A stretch of DNA of 64,000 nucleotides from an uncultured delta proteobacterium. GTDB lineage: Bacteria; Myxococcota_A; UBA9160; SMWR01. This document shows positions 9,497-18,108 of the stretch, piece by piece. The notes under the pieces are model-generated. The model saw only the letters and a list, made by a program, of their open reading frames with translations. It was not told the origin of the DNA and ran no database searches. The DNA lies in contig CAWAXD010000014.1 of assembly GCA_963785985.1 (NCBI GenBank), positions 1,167,923-1,231,922 on the forward strand. The letters are read 5' to 3'. Numbering within the stretch: position 1 is the stretch's first letter; each line of letters opens with the position of its first letter. The position numbers and the translations under genes were made by a program.

Positions 9497-10276
9497 ATGT
9501 CCTCGTCCGTGCTGCTGATCGAGAAGAGCGACGCCGTCGCGAACGTGACTCTGAATCGCCCCGCGGCGATGAACGCGCTCTCGCTCGAGCTGCGCCAGGC
9601 GCTGACGCAGGGATTTCGCGAGTTGGCCAAGGATCCGGTGGTCCGCGTCGTGATCCTCTCCGGCGCGGGCCGGGCCTTCTGCGCAGGGCTCGACCTCGGC
9701 GAGCTCGGCAGCCGGGAGGGCCAGCCGCTCGGCGCCTTCAGCGATGGCGACCTGATCGGCGCGATCCGCGGCTTTCCGGGTCCCGTGATCGGAGCGGTGA
9801 ACGGCTTCGCCATCACCGGCGGCTTCGAGCTCGCGCTCGCCTGCGATCTGCTGATCGCCTCGAGCGAAGCGCGCTTCGCGGATACGCATGCGCGTGTCGG
9901 AATCCTGCCGGGCTGGGGGCTCTCGCAGAAGCTGCCGCGGCTGATCGGGATCGGCCGCGCGAAGGAGCTCGCGTTCACCGGCAACTTCATCGACGCGCAG
10001 CAGGCGCTCGCCTGGGGGCTCGTGAACCGCGTGGTGGCGCCGGCCGAGCTGCTGCCCTCGTGCCAGAAGCTCGCGGCCGACATGCTCTCGTGCGATCCCG
10101 CGTCGCTGCGCGGCTACAAGCAGCTGATCGACGCCGGCTTCGCGACGACCTACGAAGAGGGCCTGCGGCTCGAGGCGCGCGTCTCGCGCGACCACGCGAG
10201 CGCGATCACGCCCGAGATGGTGGCGAAGCGACGCGCCGCGGTGCAGGAGCGGGGTCGCCGCCAGTCGGGCGGCTGA
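9497..10276 (+). CDS. enoyl-CoA hydratase/isomerase family protein
   Basis: MSSSVLLIEKSDAVANVTLNRPAAMNALS...FCAGLDLGE...VNGFAITGGFELALACDLLIAS is a crotonase fold. Start taken at the internal ATG 9497 of ORF 9368..10276. Confidence 0.85.
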   Translation: MSSSVLLIEKSDAVANVTLNRPAAMNALSLELRQALTQGFRELAKDPVVRVVILSGAGRAFCAGLDLGELGSREGQPLGAFSDGDLIGAIRGFPGPVIGAVNGFAITGGFELALACDLLIASSEARFADTHARVGILPGWGLSQKLPRLIGIGRAKELAFTGNFIDAQQALAWGLVNRVVAPAELLPSCQKLAADMLSCDPASLRGYKQLIDAGFATTYEEGLRLEARVSRDHASAITPEMVAKRRAAVQERGRRQSGG

Positions 10277-10294
10277 CGTGATGGGGAAGGGGTC

Positions 10295-11005
10295 ATGAGC
10301 CCTCCGTCGGGGACGAGCACCGGCGCGGTGTACGAGATCGTGCTGTACGGGCCGGCGCAGACGCCGTTCACCGAGAAGGTGCGCCGCGGGCTCGAGCTGA
10401 AGCAGCTCGCCTACGAGCTGCGCGAGCCGTCGGGCCCCGAGGACTACAAGCGCTGGAGCCCGAAGACGGGCCTGCTGCCCGTGCTCGGGATCGACGGCGA
10501 GATGATCGCGGATTCGACCGCGATCCTGCTGCGCCTCGACGAGCGTTTCCCGATCCCGCCGCTGCTCGCCGCGGAGCCGAAAATTGCGACGCAGCAGCGC
10601 CAGCTCGAGGACTGGGCCGACGAATCGTTCCTCTTCTATTTCCTCAAGTGGCAGCGCCTCCGGCAGCAGCGCGAGCAGGCCGAGCTCGCCGCCGGGCCGC
10701 CCCGGGGCCTCGCGCGCATCGCCATGCTGCGCCGGCTCGGCGCGTGGCTGCGCGCCGGCGGCACCTGGGAGCGGCCCGAGACGGCGATCTCGCGCGGCAT
10801 CGCCGATCGGCTCGACGATCTCGTGAACCTGCTCGGCACGCGGCCGTTCTTCTACGCCGATCGCCCGAGCATGGCCGACCTGGCCGTCTACAGCATGCTG
10901 CGCGCCGTCGAGCGCGGCTCGATCCCCGACTCGTCGCAGCAGCTGCTCTCGCGCCCGGGGCTCATCGCCTACATGCGGCGCGTGGAGGCGGAGTCGGGCG
11001 GCTAG
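10295..11005 (+). CDS. glutathione S-transferase family protein
   Basis: Thioredoxin-like N-terminal domain: LYGPAQTPFTEKVRRGLELKQLAYEL...LLPVLGIDGEMIADSTAILLRLDERFP. Confidence 0.7.
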   Translation: MSPPSGTSTGAVYEIVLYGPAQTPFTEKVRRGLELKQLAYELREPSGPEDYKRWSPKTGLLPVLGIDGEMIADSTAILLRLDERFPIPPLLAAEPKIATQQRQLEDWADESFLFYFLKWQRLRQQREQAELAAGPPRGLARIAMLRRLGAWLRAGGTWERPETAISRGIADRLDDLVNLLGTRPFFYADRPSMADLAVYSMLRAVERGSIPDSSQQLLSRPGLIAYMRRVEAESGG

Positions 11006-11373
11006 AGCCGAGCCGAGAACCGCTGATCGATCTTCGCCGCGAAGACGAAATCGCTCTCGGTGAGACCGTCGATCGTGTGCGTCCAGATCGTGACCCCGAG
11101 CTTGCCCCACGCGACGTGCAGATCCGGGTGGTGGTTCTGCTCGTCCGCCAGCGCGCCGATCTCGTTCGCGAAGGCGAGCGCGCCGGCGAAGTCGCGGAAG
11201 CGGAACTGCTTCTCGAGGTGATGCTCATCGATGACCTGCCAGCCGCCGCCGAGCTGCGCGAGCAGCGCCGCGAGCGCCGCGCCGCGCAAGGGCTCGGTGC
11301 CGCCGCGGCACGGAACGCAGCGCTTCGCCGCCAGCTCTCCGCTTCCCGGTGTCGTCATCGCGTCTCCCGGCAC
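11002..11373 (-). CDS. phhB: 4a-hydroxytetrahydrobiopterin (pterin-4a-carbinolamine) dehydratase
   Basis: WQVIDEHHLEKQFRFRDFAGALAFANEIGALADEQNHHPDLHVAWGKLGVTIWTHTIDGLTESDF is a textbook PCD. An alternative start is at 11358. Confidence 0.8.
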   Translation of the reverse strand: MPGDAMTTPGSGELAAKRCVPCRGGTEPLRGAALAALLAQLGGGWQVIDEHHLEKQFRFRDFAGALAFANEIGALADEQNHHPDLHVAWGKLGVTIWTHTIDGLTESDFVFAAKIDQRFSARL

Positions 11374-11438
11374 ATGCTCCGGCCGTGCGCGTCTCGGCCG
11401 TTTCGGGCGCCCGCGGTGGCGTCTATGCTCCCGGAGCC

Positions 11439-12131
11439 GTGAAACGCGCCGACAAAGCCCGTCGCATCCGCCGCATCCTCGACGAGGTCTACCCCGAGGT
11501 CAAGGTCTTCCTCGAGCATCGGGATCCCTACACGCTGCTCGTCGCGGTGCTGCTCTCCGCGCAGTGCACCGACGTCAAGGTGAACCAGATCACGCCGCTG
11601 CTCTTCGCCAGCGCGTCGACGCCGCAAGCGATGACCCAGCTCTCCGTCGCGGAAATCCGCAACATCATCCGTCCGTGCGGGCTCTCCCCCGCGAAGGCGA
11701 AGGCGATCGCGGGCCTCTCGCGCATCCTCGTCGAGCAGCACGGGGGATCGGTGCCCGCCGATTTCGAGGCGCTCGAAGCGCTGCCGGGCGTCGGCCACAA
11801 GACCGCGAGCGTCGTGATGCAGCAGGCCTTCGGCCATCCGGCCTTCCCCGTCGACACGCACATCCACCGGCTGGCCGCGCGCTGGGGCCTTTCGAACGGC
11901 CGCTCGGTCGAGCAGACCGAGCGCGATCTCAAGAAGCTGTTCCCGCCGCTCGCGTGGGGTCGCCTGCACCTTCAGCTGATCCAATTCGGCCGCGAGCACT
12001 GCCCCGCGCAGCGACACGACTACGCGAGCTGCCGCATCTGCTCCTGGGCCGCCTCGAAAGCCCACATCGCCCGCGAATCCAAACGCCGCCGCCCGGCGAA
12101 GAAGAAGACGACAAAGAAGAAGTCACGCTGA
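11439..12131 (+). CDS. nth: endonuclease III (DNA glycosylase/AP lyase) with Lys-rich C-terminal tail
   Basis: LVAVLLSAQCTDVKVN, HhH-GPD LPGVGHKTASVVM, VDTHIHRL and Cys residues in the C-terminal region (FGREHCPAQRHDYASCRICSW). GTG 11439 is preferred; ORF track start is 11349. The tail is KRRRPAKKKTTKKKSR. Confidence 0.85.
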   Translation: MKRADKARRIRRILDEVYPEVKVFLEHRDPYTLLVAVLLSAQCTDVKVNQITPLLFASASTPQAMTQLSVAEIRNIIRPCGLSPAKAKAIAGLSRILVEQHGGSVPADFEALEALPGVGHKTASVVMQQAFGHPAFPVDTHIHRLAARWGLSNGRSVEQTERDLKKLFPPLAWGRLHLQLIQFGREHCPAQRHDYASCRICSWAASKAHIARESKRRRPAKKKTTKKKSR

Positions 12132-12153
12132 TCCGTTACCACGAGCTTCCTCA

Positions 12154-12304
12154 GGGAGGCGGCGGGGGGTGGGCGGAGGCGAACTCAAGCGCAGCCCGCC
12201 CGCAGGACTGCGCCCTCCTCGACGCCCAAGAGTGACTGCGATCACGCGGCTGCGAGACGAGGAAGGGCGAGCCATTCGCCGTAGCCCACCCCCCGCCGCC
12301 TCCC
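12154..12304. repeat. perfect 21-bp inverted repeat with 109-nt spacer between convergent genes
   Basis: GGGAGGCGGCGGGGGGTGGGC (12154-12174) is the exact reverse complement of GCCCACCCCCCGCCGCCTCCC (12284-12304). A further 6 bp (GGCGAA/TTCGCC) pairs after a 3/3 bulge. Confidence 0.7.
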
Positions 12305-12325
12305 CCCTCGCACGTCGGATCCGGC

Positions 12326-13633
12326 CTAATCCACATACCCGAGCGTGCGAAGCCGCTCCCGCTCGCTCTCCGACATCTCGCGCTCCGGAACCCGCGTCGC
12401 CGCGAGATCGTGCGTGAGCTCCTCGATCCGCTTCTCGTGCGCCGTCGTCACCGCGGGGAACTGCGGGCCGAGATCCTGCTGCTCGTTCGGATCGTCCTCG
12501 AGGTCGTAGAGAAAATGCTTGCCATCGGCGCGGCGCACCACGCTCTTCCAACGCCCCTGACGATACGTGCGGTATTGCAGCTCGCCGATGAAGAGCTCGT
12601 CGGGCTTCACGTCGTGCGCGCGCTCGCGCTCGATGCCGGCGATCCCGAGCAGCAGGTGGAAGAGATCCTGGCTGCGCAAAAATTTACTTGGCTGATCGAA
12701 GCGCGCGGGCGCCACGATCAGCGGAATCCGCAGCAGCTCCTGGAACGACGGATTGCCGAAGTGCCCGAACGTGTTCGGCAGCTCGCCCTCGAAGTGGTGC
12801 ATCTCGCCGAGCCGCTCGCCGTGGTCCGACGTGAGCACCACGACGGCGTCTTCGAGCAGCTTGGCCGCTTCGAGCTTGCCGAGCAGGTTGCCGATGCCCT
12901 TGTCCATCACCTGGACGGCCTCGGGATAAGTGAGCTTCTCGAAGCGGTAATCGTGCACGTCGATGTAGTGCACGTAGAGCAAGAAGTGATCGCTCTTGCG
13001 GCGATTCAGGGCCAGCGTGACGGCGCGGTTGACGGAGGGCCAGGTGCGCGAGTGCCGCGCGTCCTTCAAGTTGCGGCGCGACGCAGCGCCCGCGACCGGC
13101 GGCCGGTCGTCGACCTCGACCCAGTCGTCGAAGCCGCGCGAGAAGCCGGACGGCTCGTACAAAAACTGATTGGAGGCCACGCCGATCGTCCACCACCCCG
13201 CGGCCTTGAACGCCTCGGCCAGCGTCGGCACGCTCGGCGGGATGCATGTATCGACGCCCGGTGTCTTCGCCAGCCGCGCGAGCCCGCACCAGGTGTGCCC
13301 GTTCCAGGTCAGCGTGCGGCCCTCTCCCGCCTCCATGCTCGGCGTGCGCCCGGTGAAGAGCGAGCCCATCGACATCGAGGTCTGGTGGAACGAGGCCACG
13401 ACGTTCGTGAAGAATTGACCGCGCGCCGCGAGCGCATCGATGTTCGGGGTCGGGGCCGGCGCGCCGTAGACGCCGAGGTGATCGCGGCGCAGCGTGTCGA
13501 TCACGATCAGGATCAGCCGCTGCGGCGGCGCGGGCCCCCGCGGCGCGCACGCGGGCAGCGCGCCGAGCCACAGCGTCAGCAGGCCGGCGAGCGCGCGGCG
13601 CGCCCGGCGCGAAGGTCGAGCGGGAGTGCGCAC
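12326..13633 (-). CDS. sulfatase-like hydrolase/transferase (alkaline-phosphatase superfamily), secreted
   Basis: 435 aa with a signal peptide (LLTLWLGALPACA), LILIVIDTLRRDHLGVYG, the nucleophile region HQTSMSMGSLFTGR, and SDHGE. Confidence 0.75.
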   Translation of the reverse strand: MRTPARPSRRARRALAGLLTLWLGALPACAPRGPAPPQRLILIVIDTLRRDHLGVYGAPAPTPNIDALAARGQFFTNVVASFHQTSMSMGSLFTGRTPSMEAGEGRTLTWNGHTWCGLARLAKTPGVDTCIPPSVPTLAEAFKAAGWWTIGVASNQFLYEPSGFSRGFDDWVEVDDRPPVAGAASRRNLKDARHSRTWPSVNRAVTLALNRRKSDHFLLYVHYIDVHDYRFEKLTYPEAVQVMDKGIGNLLGKLEAAKLLEDAVVVLTSDHGERLGEMHHFEGELPNTFGHFGNPSFQELLRIPLIVAPARFDQPSKFLRSQDLFHLLLGIAGIERERAHDVKPDELFIGELQYRTYRQGRWKSVVRRADGKHFLYDLEDDPNEQQDLGPQFPAVTTAHEKRIEELTHDLAATRVPEREMSESERERLRTLGYVD

Positions 13634-13724
13634 CTGCTATGGCGGCGCCGCGCAGGGCAGCATGGGGCGCATCGGATCCTCCGCGAGGCCGGAAGTGTAT
13701 CGGGTCTGTGCCCCCGCGCTGGGC

Positions 13725-16268
13725 TCAGGGCCCGATGCGCCGGAGCTGCACGAGCGGGCCTTCCAGGTCCCGATCACGCGAGAGATCGACATCCCCGTGC
13801 ACGGCCCACAGCTCGTCGCCGGCGGGATCGACGAGCACCTGGGCCACGCGCCAGCGCCGCGGTCCTGCCGCGTCGATGCGCGTGCGGTGGGCGAGGCGCG
13901 CGGCGGGCGTGAAATCCAGCCGCCCATACTCGTCGAGGAACGGCGCGAGCGCGTGCGCGATGCGGTCCGCATCCCAGACGTCGTCGGGATCCGCGCGGAC
14001 GCTCGCGGCCGCCGCCTCCCAGTCTTGGGTAGCGAGCGCGCGCACGAGGCCGTGCAGCTCGGCGCGCACGCGCGCCACGAGCGCCCGTTCGTGCAGCGCC
14101 AGATCGAAGGGTGGAGGCGGCGGCGCGGCGGCCGCGGCGGACGACGGCGCGCGCAGCGCCTCCCAGGCCTGCAGCAGGCTCGCATCGACGCCCTGCACGA
14201 GCGTCCGGAAATAGGCGATCGCGTCGTAGACGGCCTGCGTCTTGCAATCGTCCGGAAGGCTGCGCACGAGCGTGTCGTGCACCTGCGAGACGTAGCGCAG
14301 CAGCAGCCCCTCGCTGCGCCCGACGCCGAGCTCGCGCACGCAGTCGACGAAGCCGAGGCAGCCCTCGAACATCTCGCGCGCCACGCCCTTCGGATGCAGA
14401 TCCGCCTCGCCCACCCACGGATGTTTTTCCGCGAAGAGCCGGAAGCTCGCGGCGATGAACTCGGCCTCGGGCTGCGGCCAGCTCACGGTCTCGAGGCGGG
14501 CGATGCGGTCCTCGTACGGCACGCCCTCCGCCTTGAGCTGCGCCAGCAGCTCGCCCCGCGCGCGATCGCGCTGCGCGAGCAGGATCGGCATCGGGTTCTC
14601 GAGCACCGCTTCCGCGAGCGAGATCAGCTCGAGCGCGTAGCTCGGAGCCTCCCGATCGAGCGCCTGGGCGGCCTCGACGAGATAGAGCGAGAGCGTCGCG
14701 AAGAGCGAGAAATCGAGCTGGAGCGTCTCCGTGACCCGCAAGCGCGCGCGCCGCTGCGCGTCGCGCACGACCTCGACGACGCCGACGTGACGCAGCGAGC
14801 GCAGCAGCTGCGCCGCGCGCCGGCGCAGGCGCGCCTGCGAGGCGGGCGGCTCGTGCGAGAGCGCGATCAGCTCGATCACCGCGCGCCAGCCCTCGCCGCG
14901 GAAGCCGTCCGCGCCCTCGCGTTGCAGCACGTGCACGAGCATGCCGTGGTTCACGTCGAAGACCGAGGTGAGCGGCTCGGGCTGGCTCGCAATCAGCTTG
15001 TCGAAGGTCTCGCGGCTCCAGGCCACGAAGCCGCGCGGGGGCTTCTTCTTGGGCTGGTTTTTCCTGGCGCCCGGCTTCGCCGCCTCGCGGCGGTTCTCGA
15101 TCACGTGCTCGGGCGCCTGACACACGACGCTGCCGCGCACGTCGAAGCCCTTGCGCCCGGCGCGCCCGGCGATCTGGCGGAACTCGCGCACGCGCAGGAG
15201 CGCAACCTTCTCGCCGTCGTACTTGCTGAGCTTCGCGAACAGCACCGTGCGGATCGGGACGTTCACGCCGACGCCGAGCGTGTCCGTGCCGCACACGACC
15301 TGGAGCAGGCCGCGCTGCGCGAGCCTTTCCACCAGCAGCCGGTATCTCGGCAAGAGCCCCGCGTGATGGATGCCGATGCCGTGGCGCAGGATGCGGCTCA
15401 GATCCTTGCCATAAGGCGTATCGAAGCGGGCGCCCACGAGCGCCTCGGCGATGCGCCCGCGCTCCTCGCGCGTCGAGAAGTTCGCGCTGGTGAGACCCTG
15501 CGCCAGCTCGCCGCACTCGCGCTGCGTGAAGTTCACGACGTAGACCGGCGCGCGTTTCTGCGCGACCAGCTCCGCCACCGTCTCGTGGATCGGCGTCTCG
15601 CGATACTCGAAATCGAGCGGCACCGGCCGCTCGTCGGAGTGGACGTGCGCGACCGCGACGCCCGTCCTTCTTTCCAGCCGCTCCTCGATCGCCGCCGTGT
15701 TGCCGAGCGTCGCGGACATCAGCAGAAAGCGCGTGCGCGGGAGCGCCAGCAGGGGAATCTGCCAGGCGGCGCCGCGATCGCGGTCCGCGTAGAAGTGGAA
15801 CTCGTCCATCACGACGTAGGGCGCGGCGAGCGCGGCGCCCTGGCGCAGCGCCATGTTCGCGAGCACCTCGGCCGTGCAGCACACGACCGGCGCCGTCGGG
15901 TTGATGCTCGCGTCGCCCGTCAGCATGCCCACCGTCTCGGGCCCGAGGTCTTCGCAGAGCGAGAAGAACTTCTCGCTGGCCAGGGCCTTGAGCGGCGCCG
16001 TGTAGAACGAGCGCTGTCCCTCGCACAGCGCCTTGAAGTGCAGACACAGGGCCACCAACGATTTGCCCGAGCCGGTCGGCGTGCTGAGCACGACGTGCCG
16101 GCCGAGCATCAGCTCGAGGAAGGCCTCCTCCTGGTGCGGATAGGGCTCGAGCCCCAGCTCGCCGACCCAGGCGAGGAAGCGATCGAGAATGGCATCGGTG
16201 TCGCGCGTTCCGCCCGCAGGCACGCGCGCGAGCAGCGACGGCCGAGCAGCGACGGCGGGCTCCGACAC
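13725..16268 (-). CDS. DEAD/DEAH-box (Ski2-like) helicase with DUF3516-type C-terminal region
   Basis: 847 aa with Walker A LSTPTGSGKSLVA, DEFH box VVMDEFHFY, SAT (MSATLGN) and a helicase C domain HHAGLLPRYR...CGTDTLGVGVNVP. Confidence 0.8.
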   Translation of the reverse strand: MSEPAVAARPSLLARVPAGGTRDTDAILDRFLAWVGELGLEPYPHQEEAFLELMLGRHVVLSTPTGSGKSLVALCLHFKALCEGQRSFYTAPLKALASEKFFSLCEDLGPETVGMLTGDASINPTAPVVCCTAEVLANMALRQGAALAAPYVVMDEFHFYADRDRGAAWQIPLLALPRTRFLLMSATLGNTAAIEERLERRTGVAVAHVHSDERPVPLDFEYRETPIHETVAELVAQKRAPVYVVNFTQRECGELAQGLTSANFSTREERGRIAEALVGARFDTPYGKDLSRILRHGIGIHHAGLLPRYRLLVERLAQRGLLQVVCGTDTLGVGVNVPIRTVLFAKLSKYDGEKVALLRVREFRQIAGRAGRKGFDVRGSVVCQAPEHVIENRREAAKPGARKNQPKKKPPRGFVAWSRETFDKLIASQPEPLTSVFDVNHGMLVHVLQREGADGFRGEGWRAVIELIALSHEPPASQARLRRRAAQLLRSLRHVGVVEVVRDAQRRARLRVTETLQLDFSLFATLSLYLVEAAQALDREAPSYALELISLAEAVLENPMPILLAQRDRARGELLAQLKAEGVPYEDRIARLETVSWPQPEAEFIAASFRLFAEKHPWVGEADLHPKGVAREMFEGCLGFVDCVRELGVGRSEGLLLRYVSQVHDTLVRSLPDDCKTQAVYDAIAYFRTLVQGVDASLLQAWEALRAPSSAAAAAPPPPPFDLALHERALVARVRAELHGLVRALATQDWEAAAASVRADPDDVWDADRIAHALAPFLDEYGRLDFTPAARLAHRTRIDAAGPRRWRVAQVLVDPAGDELWAVHGDVDLSRDRDLEGPLVQLRRIGP

Positions 16269-16300
16269 GCGGCGAGTCTAATGCACTACGCTCGCGCACG

Positions 16301-16416
16301 TTCACGGGTCGGCGCGCAAGCGGGCGCCAGCCCGCGCGCAGCGAGCCGCAGGCGAGCGCAGTCGACGAACTTGCCGCAGGCGAGCGCAGTCGACGAGCTT
16401 GCCGCAGGCGAGCGAA
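16301..16416 (-). repeat. REP-like repeat copy C containing a 28-bp tandem duplication (2.6 units)
   Basis: On the plus strand GCCGCAGGCGAGCGCAGTCGACGA(A/G)CTT occurs at 16345-16372 and 16373-16400, with a partial unit at 16401-16416. The reverse complement aligns with copies A and B (GACTGCGCTCGCCTGCGGCTCGCTGCGCGCG). Confidence 0.6.
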
Positions 16417-16430
16417 GCGAGGAAGGCTGG

Positions 16431-17138
16431 ATGGGGTTCGAGAGCTTCCGCGCGTTCTACCAGAGCGATCTGCAAGGCGTCTGGGCCCTGCTGCCCGTGC
16501 CGGCGGTGTTCTTCGTCCACCTCCTGCTCTCGCGCCGCGCGCGCGAGCTCGGCGCCAGCTCCGCCGAGGCTGGCTTCGTGCGCGCCTGGGCGCTGCTCTT
16601 CTCCGCCGAGACGCTGCTCGATCCGCTGGTCGGCGGGAAGCTCATGGCGTGGCTCGGCGCGCCGGAGTGGCTCGCCACCGCCGTGATGCTCGGCTTCGTG
16701 CTGCTCGGCGATTTCCGCGTCTACTGGCTGTTGTTCGCGGTGGCGCAGGGCGACGTGGGCCGCGGAGCGCGGCTCGCGGCCGTCGTGACGCCCGTCGTCC
16801 CGCTGCTCGCCTATGCGAGCGATCATCTCTGCGAACGCTTCGCTCCCGATGCGACGGGGCAGCGGCTGTGGCTGATCCACGAGCTGCTCTTCACGGGAAT
16901 CGCGGCGTGGCTTTGGAAGCGCTGGCTGCCGCGGCGCGTCGCGAACGCGCCGACACTGCGCTTTCTGCGCCGCGTCTGCGCCTACGTCATCGCATACTAC
17001 GGGCTGTGGGCGAGCTGCGACGCGCTCTGGCTCGCGACTTCGCTCGACGTGGCCTGGCTGCTGCGCGTGCTGCCGAACCAGCTCTACTACGCGTTCTTCG
17101 TGCCCTTCGTATGGCTCGCGTACTCACGGCGTCGGTAG
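16431..17138 (+). CDS. hypothetical polytopic membrane protein
   Basis: Only the last 235 codons of the long ORF 13494..17138 look protein-like (MGFESFRAFYQSDLQGVWALLPVPAVFFVHLLL..., 6-7 hydrophobic helices). No family recognised. Confidence 0.5.
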   Translation: MGFESFRAFYQSDLQGVWALLPVPAVFFVHLLLSRRARELGASSAEAGFVRAWALLFSAETLLDPLVGGKLMAWLGAPEWLATAVMLGFVLLGDFRVYWLLFAVAQGDVGRGARLAAVVTPVVPLLAYASDHLCERFAPDATGQRLWLIHELLFTGIAAWLWKRWLPRRVANAPTLRFLRRVCAYVIAYYGLWASCDALWLATSLDVAWLLRVLPNQLYYAFFVPFVWLAYSRRR

Positions 17139-17975
17139 CGCGCGGCGCGTGTCGTGCTTGCGATCGCGCATGGCCGTGAAGTACGCGATCAGCCCGTCGA
17201 GCTGCTCGGGCGTGAGGTGCGGATTCGCTGGCATGCTCGAGTAGCGGAACTGCGTGGGATCGTGGATGAAGCGCTTCAGCTGCTCCGCCGGCCGATACTC
17301 GACGATGCTCTGCGGCAGATTCAGCTCGGGTCCGATCGTGCCGCCTTCGCTGTTGATCGCGTGACACGCGACGCACTCGGCCCGGAAGACGGCGAAGCCC
17401 GTCCACGCCGGCGCCTCCGGCGGCAGCCCCTTCGGAAGCGTGTGCGGATAGCGCGCTTCGAACGGCGCGATCTCGATCGCCGCCAGTTGATAGGGCCACG
17501 GATAGCGATGCCCATCGTTCTGTCCCGGGCCCGACCAGACCAGATAGAACGGACCCGGGTCCACCTGGCGGCGGTCGATCGGCTCCCAGCCCGGTGTATC
17601 CCCGTGCGTGAACTCGACGTCCGCGAACGCGAGCCAGCCGCCCGGCTCGGCGAGGCGCGCGCCGCTCGCCGGCTTCACGTAGCCGTCGCTCGCGCGCAGG
17701 AAGAAGTTCTCGTCGCGGCTCGCCGACACGGGCTTGCCGAAGCCCTGCTCGAGCACGCACGCGAGTGGAAACGCGAGAAACGTCTTGGTCTTCTGGTAGT
17801 ACGGGTCGGCGATCTCGATGCGCGTGACGCCGCAGGCTTCCTTCAGCTCCGCCCGAGAGCGAGTGCGCACCAGCGCGCCTTCGCGCTCGAAGCGCAGCGC
17901 CGCCTCGTCGGCCTGCGCCGGCGCAGCGGCCGCGAGCGCGGCGGCGAGCAGCAGCGACGTGATGGTGAGCTGCAT
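17124..17975 (-). CDS. secreted c-type cytochrome domain protein
   Basis: Internal start MQLTITSLLLAAALAAAAPAQA (signal peptide) and a C-terminal haem motif CVACH followed by SEGGTIGPEL...YSSMP. The ORF track extends to 18110. Confidence 0.7.
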   Translation of the reverse strand: MQLTITSLLLAAALAAAAPAQADEAALRFEREGALVRTRSRAELKEACGVTRIEIADPYYQKTKTFLAFPLACVLEQGFGKPVSASRDENFFLRASDGYVKPASGARLAEPGGWLAFADVEFTHGDTPGWEPIDRRQVDPGPFYLVWSGPGQNDGHRYPWPYQLAAIEIAPFEARYPHTLPKGLPPEAPAWTGFAVFRAECVACHAINSEGGTIGPELNLPQSIVEYRPAEQLKRFIHDPTQFRYSSMPANPHLTPEQLDGLIAYFTAMRDRKHDTRRALPTP

Positions 17976-18108
17976 GAATGCGCGAGCATACCCGAGCGCG
18001 CGCGCGGGTCGCGCTCGCGGGCCCGAGCCAGCGCCCGGCCGGGCACACGAAACCCAATCCCAGAGGCGAAAGGCGTAGAATGAGCGAGCGCCCACTCCCG
18101 AGGTGCCC

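Noticed and set aside
9167-11110. Very long ORFs antisense to or out of frame with recognised genes. Examples are 9167..11110(-), the 5' 980 codons of 13494..17138(+), 13774..16305(-), 16987..19083(-), 38162..40030(+), 37722..39530(-) upstream part, 55858..57681(-), 61423..63489(-), and 27662..30013(-) upstream of about 28960.
   Set aside because: Their translations are Arg/Ala/Gly/Pro-rich low-complexity strings with no motifs. Each overlaps an ORF with clear family signatures in another frame or strand. They are typical shadow ORFs of ~70% G+C DNA, where stop codons are rare.
12154-12304. Calling the 151-bp inverted-repeat unit a MITE or IS remnant.
   Set aside because: There is no flanking target duplication, no transposase fragment and no second copy in this window. 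It is kept as an unexplained structure in the findings rather than as a mobile-element feature.
16345-16416. The 28-bp tandem repeat considered as a possible CRISPR array.
   Set aside because: The units are directly adjacent with no spacers. There are only 2.6 copies, no cas genes are in the window, and the sequence belongs to the REP-like family found at two other sites.
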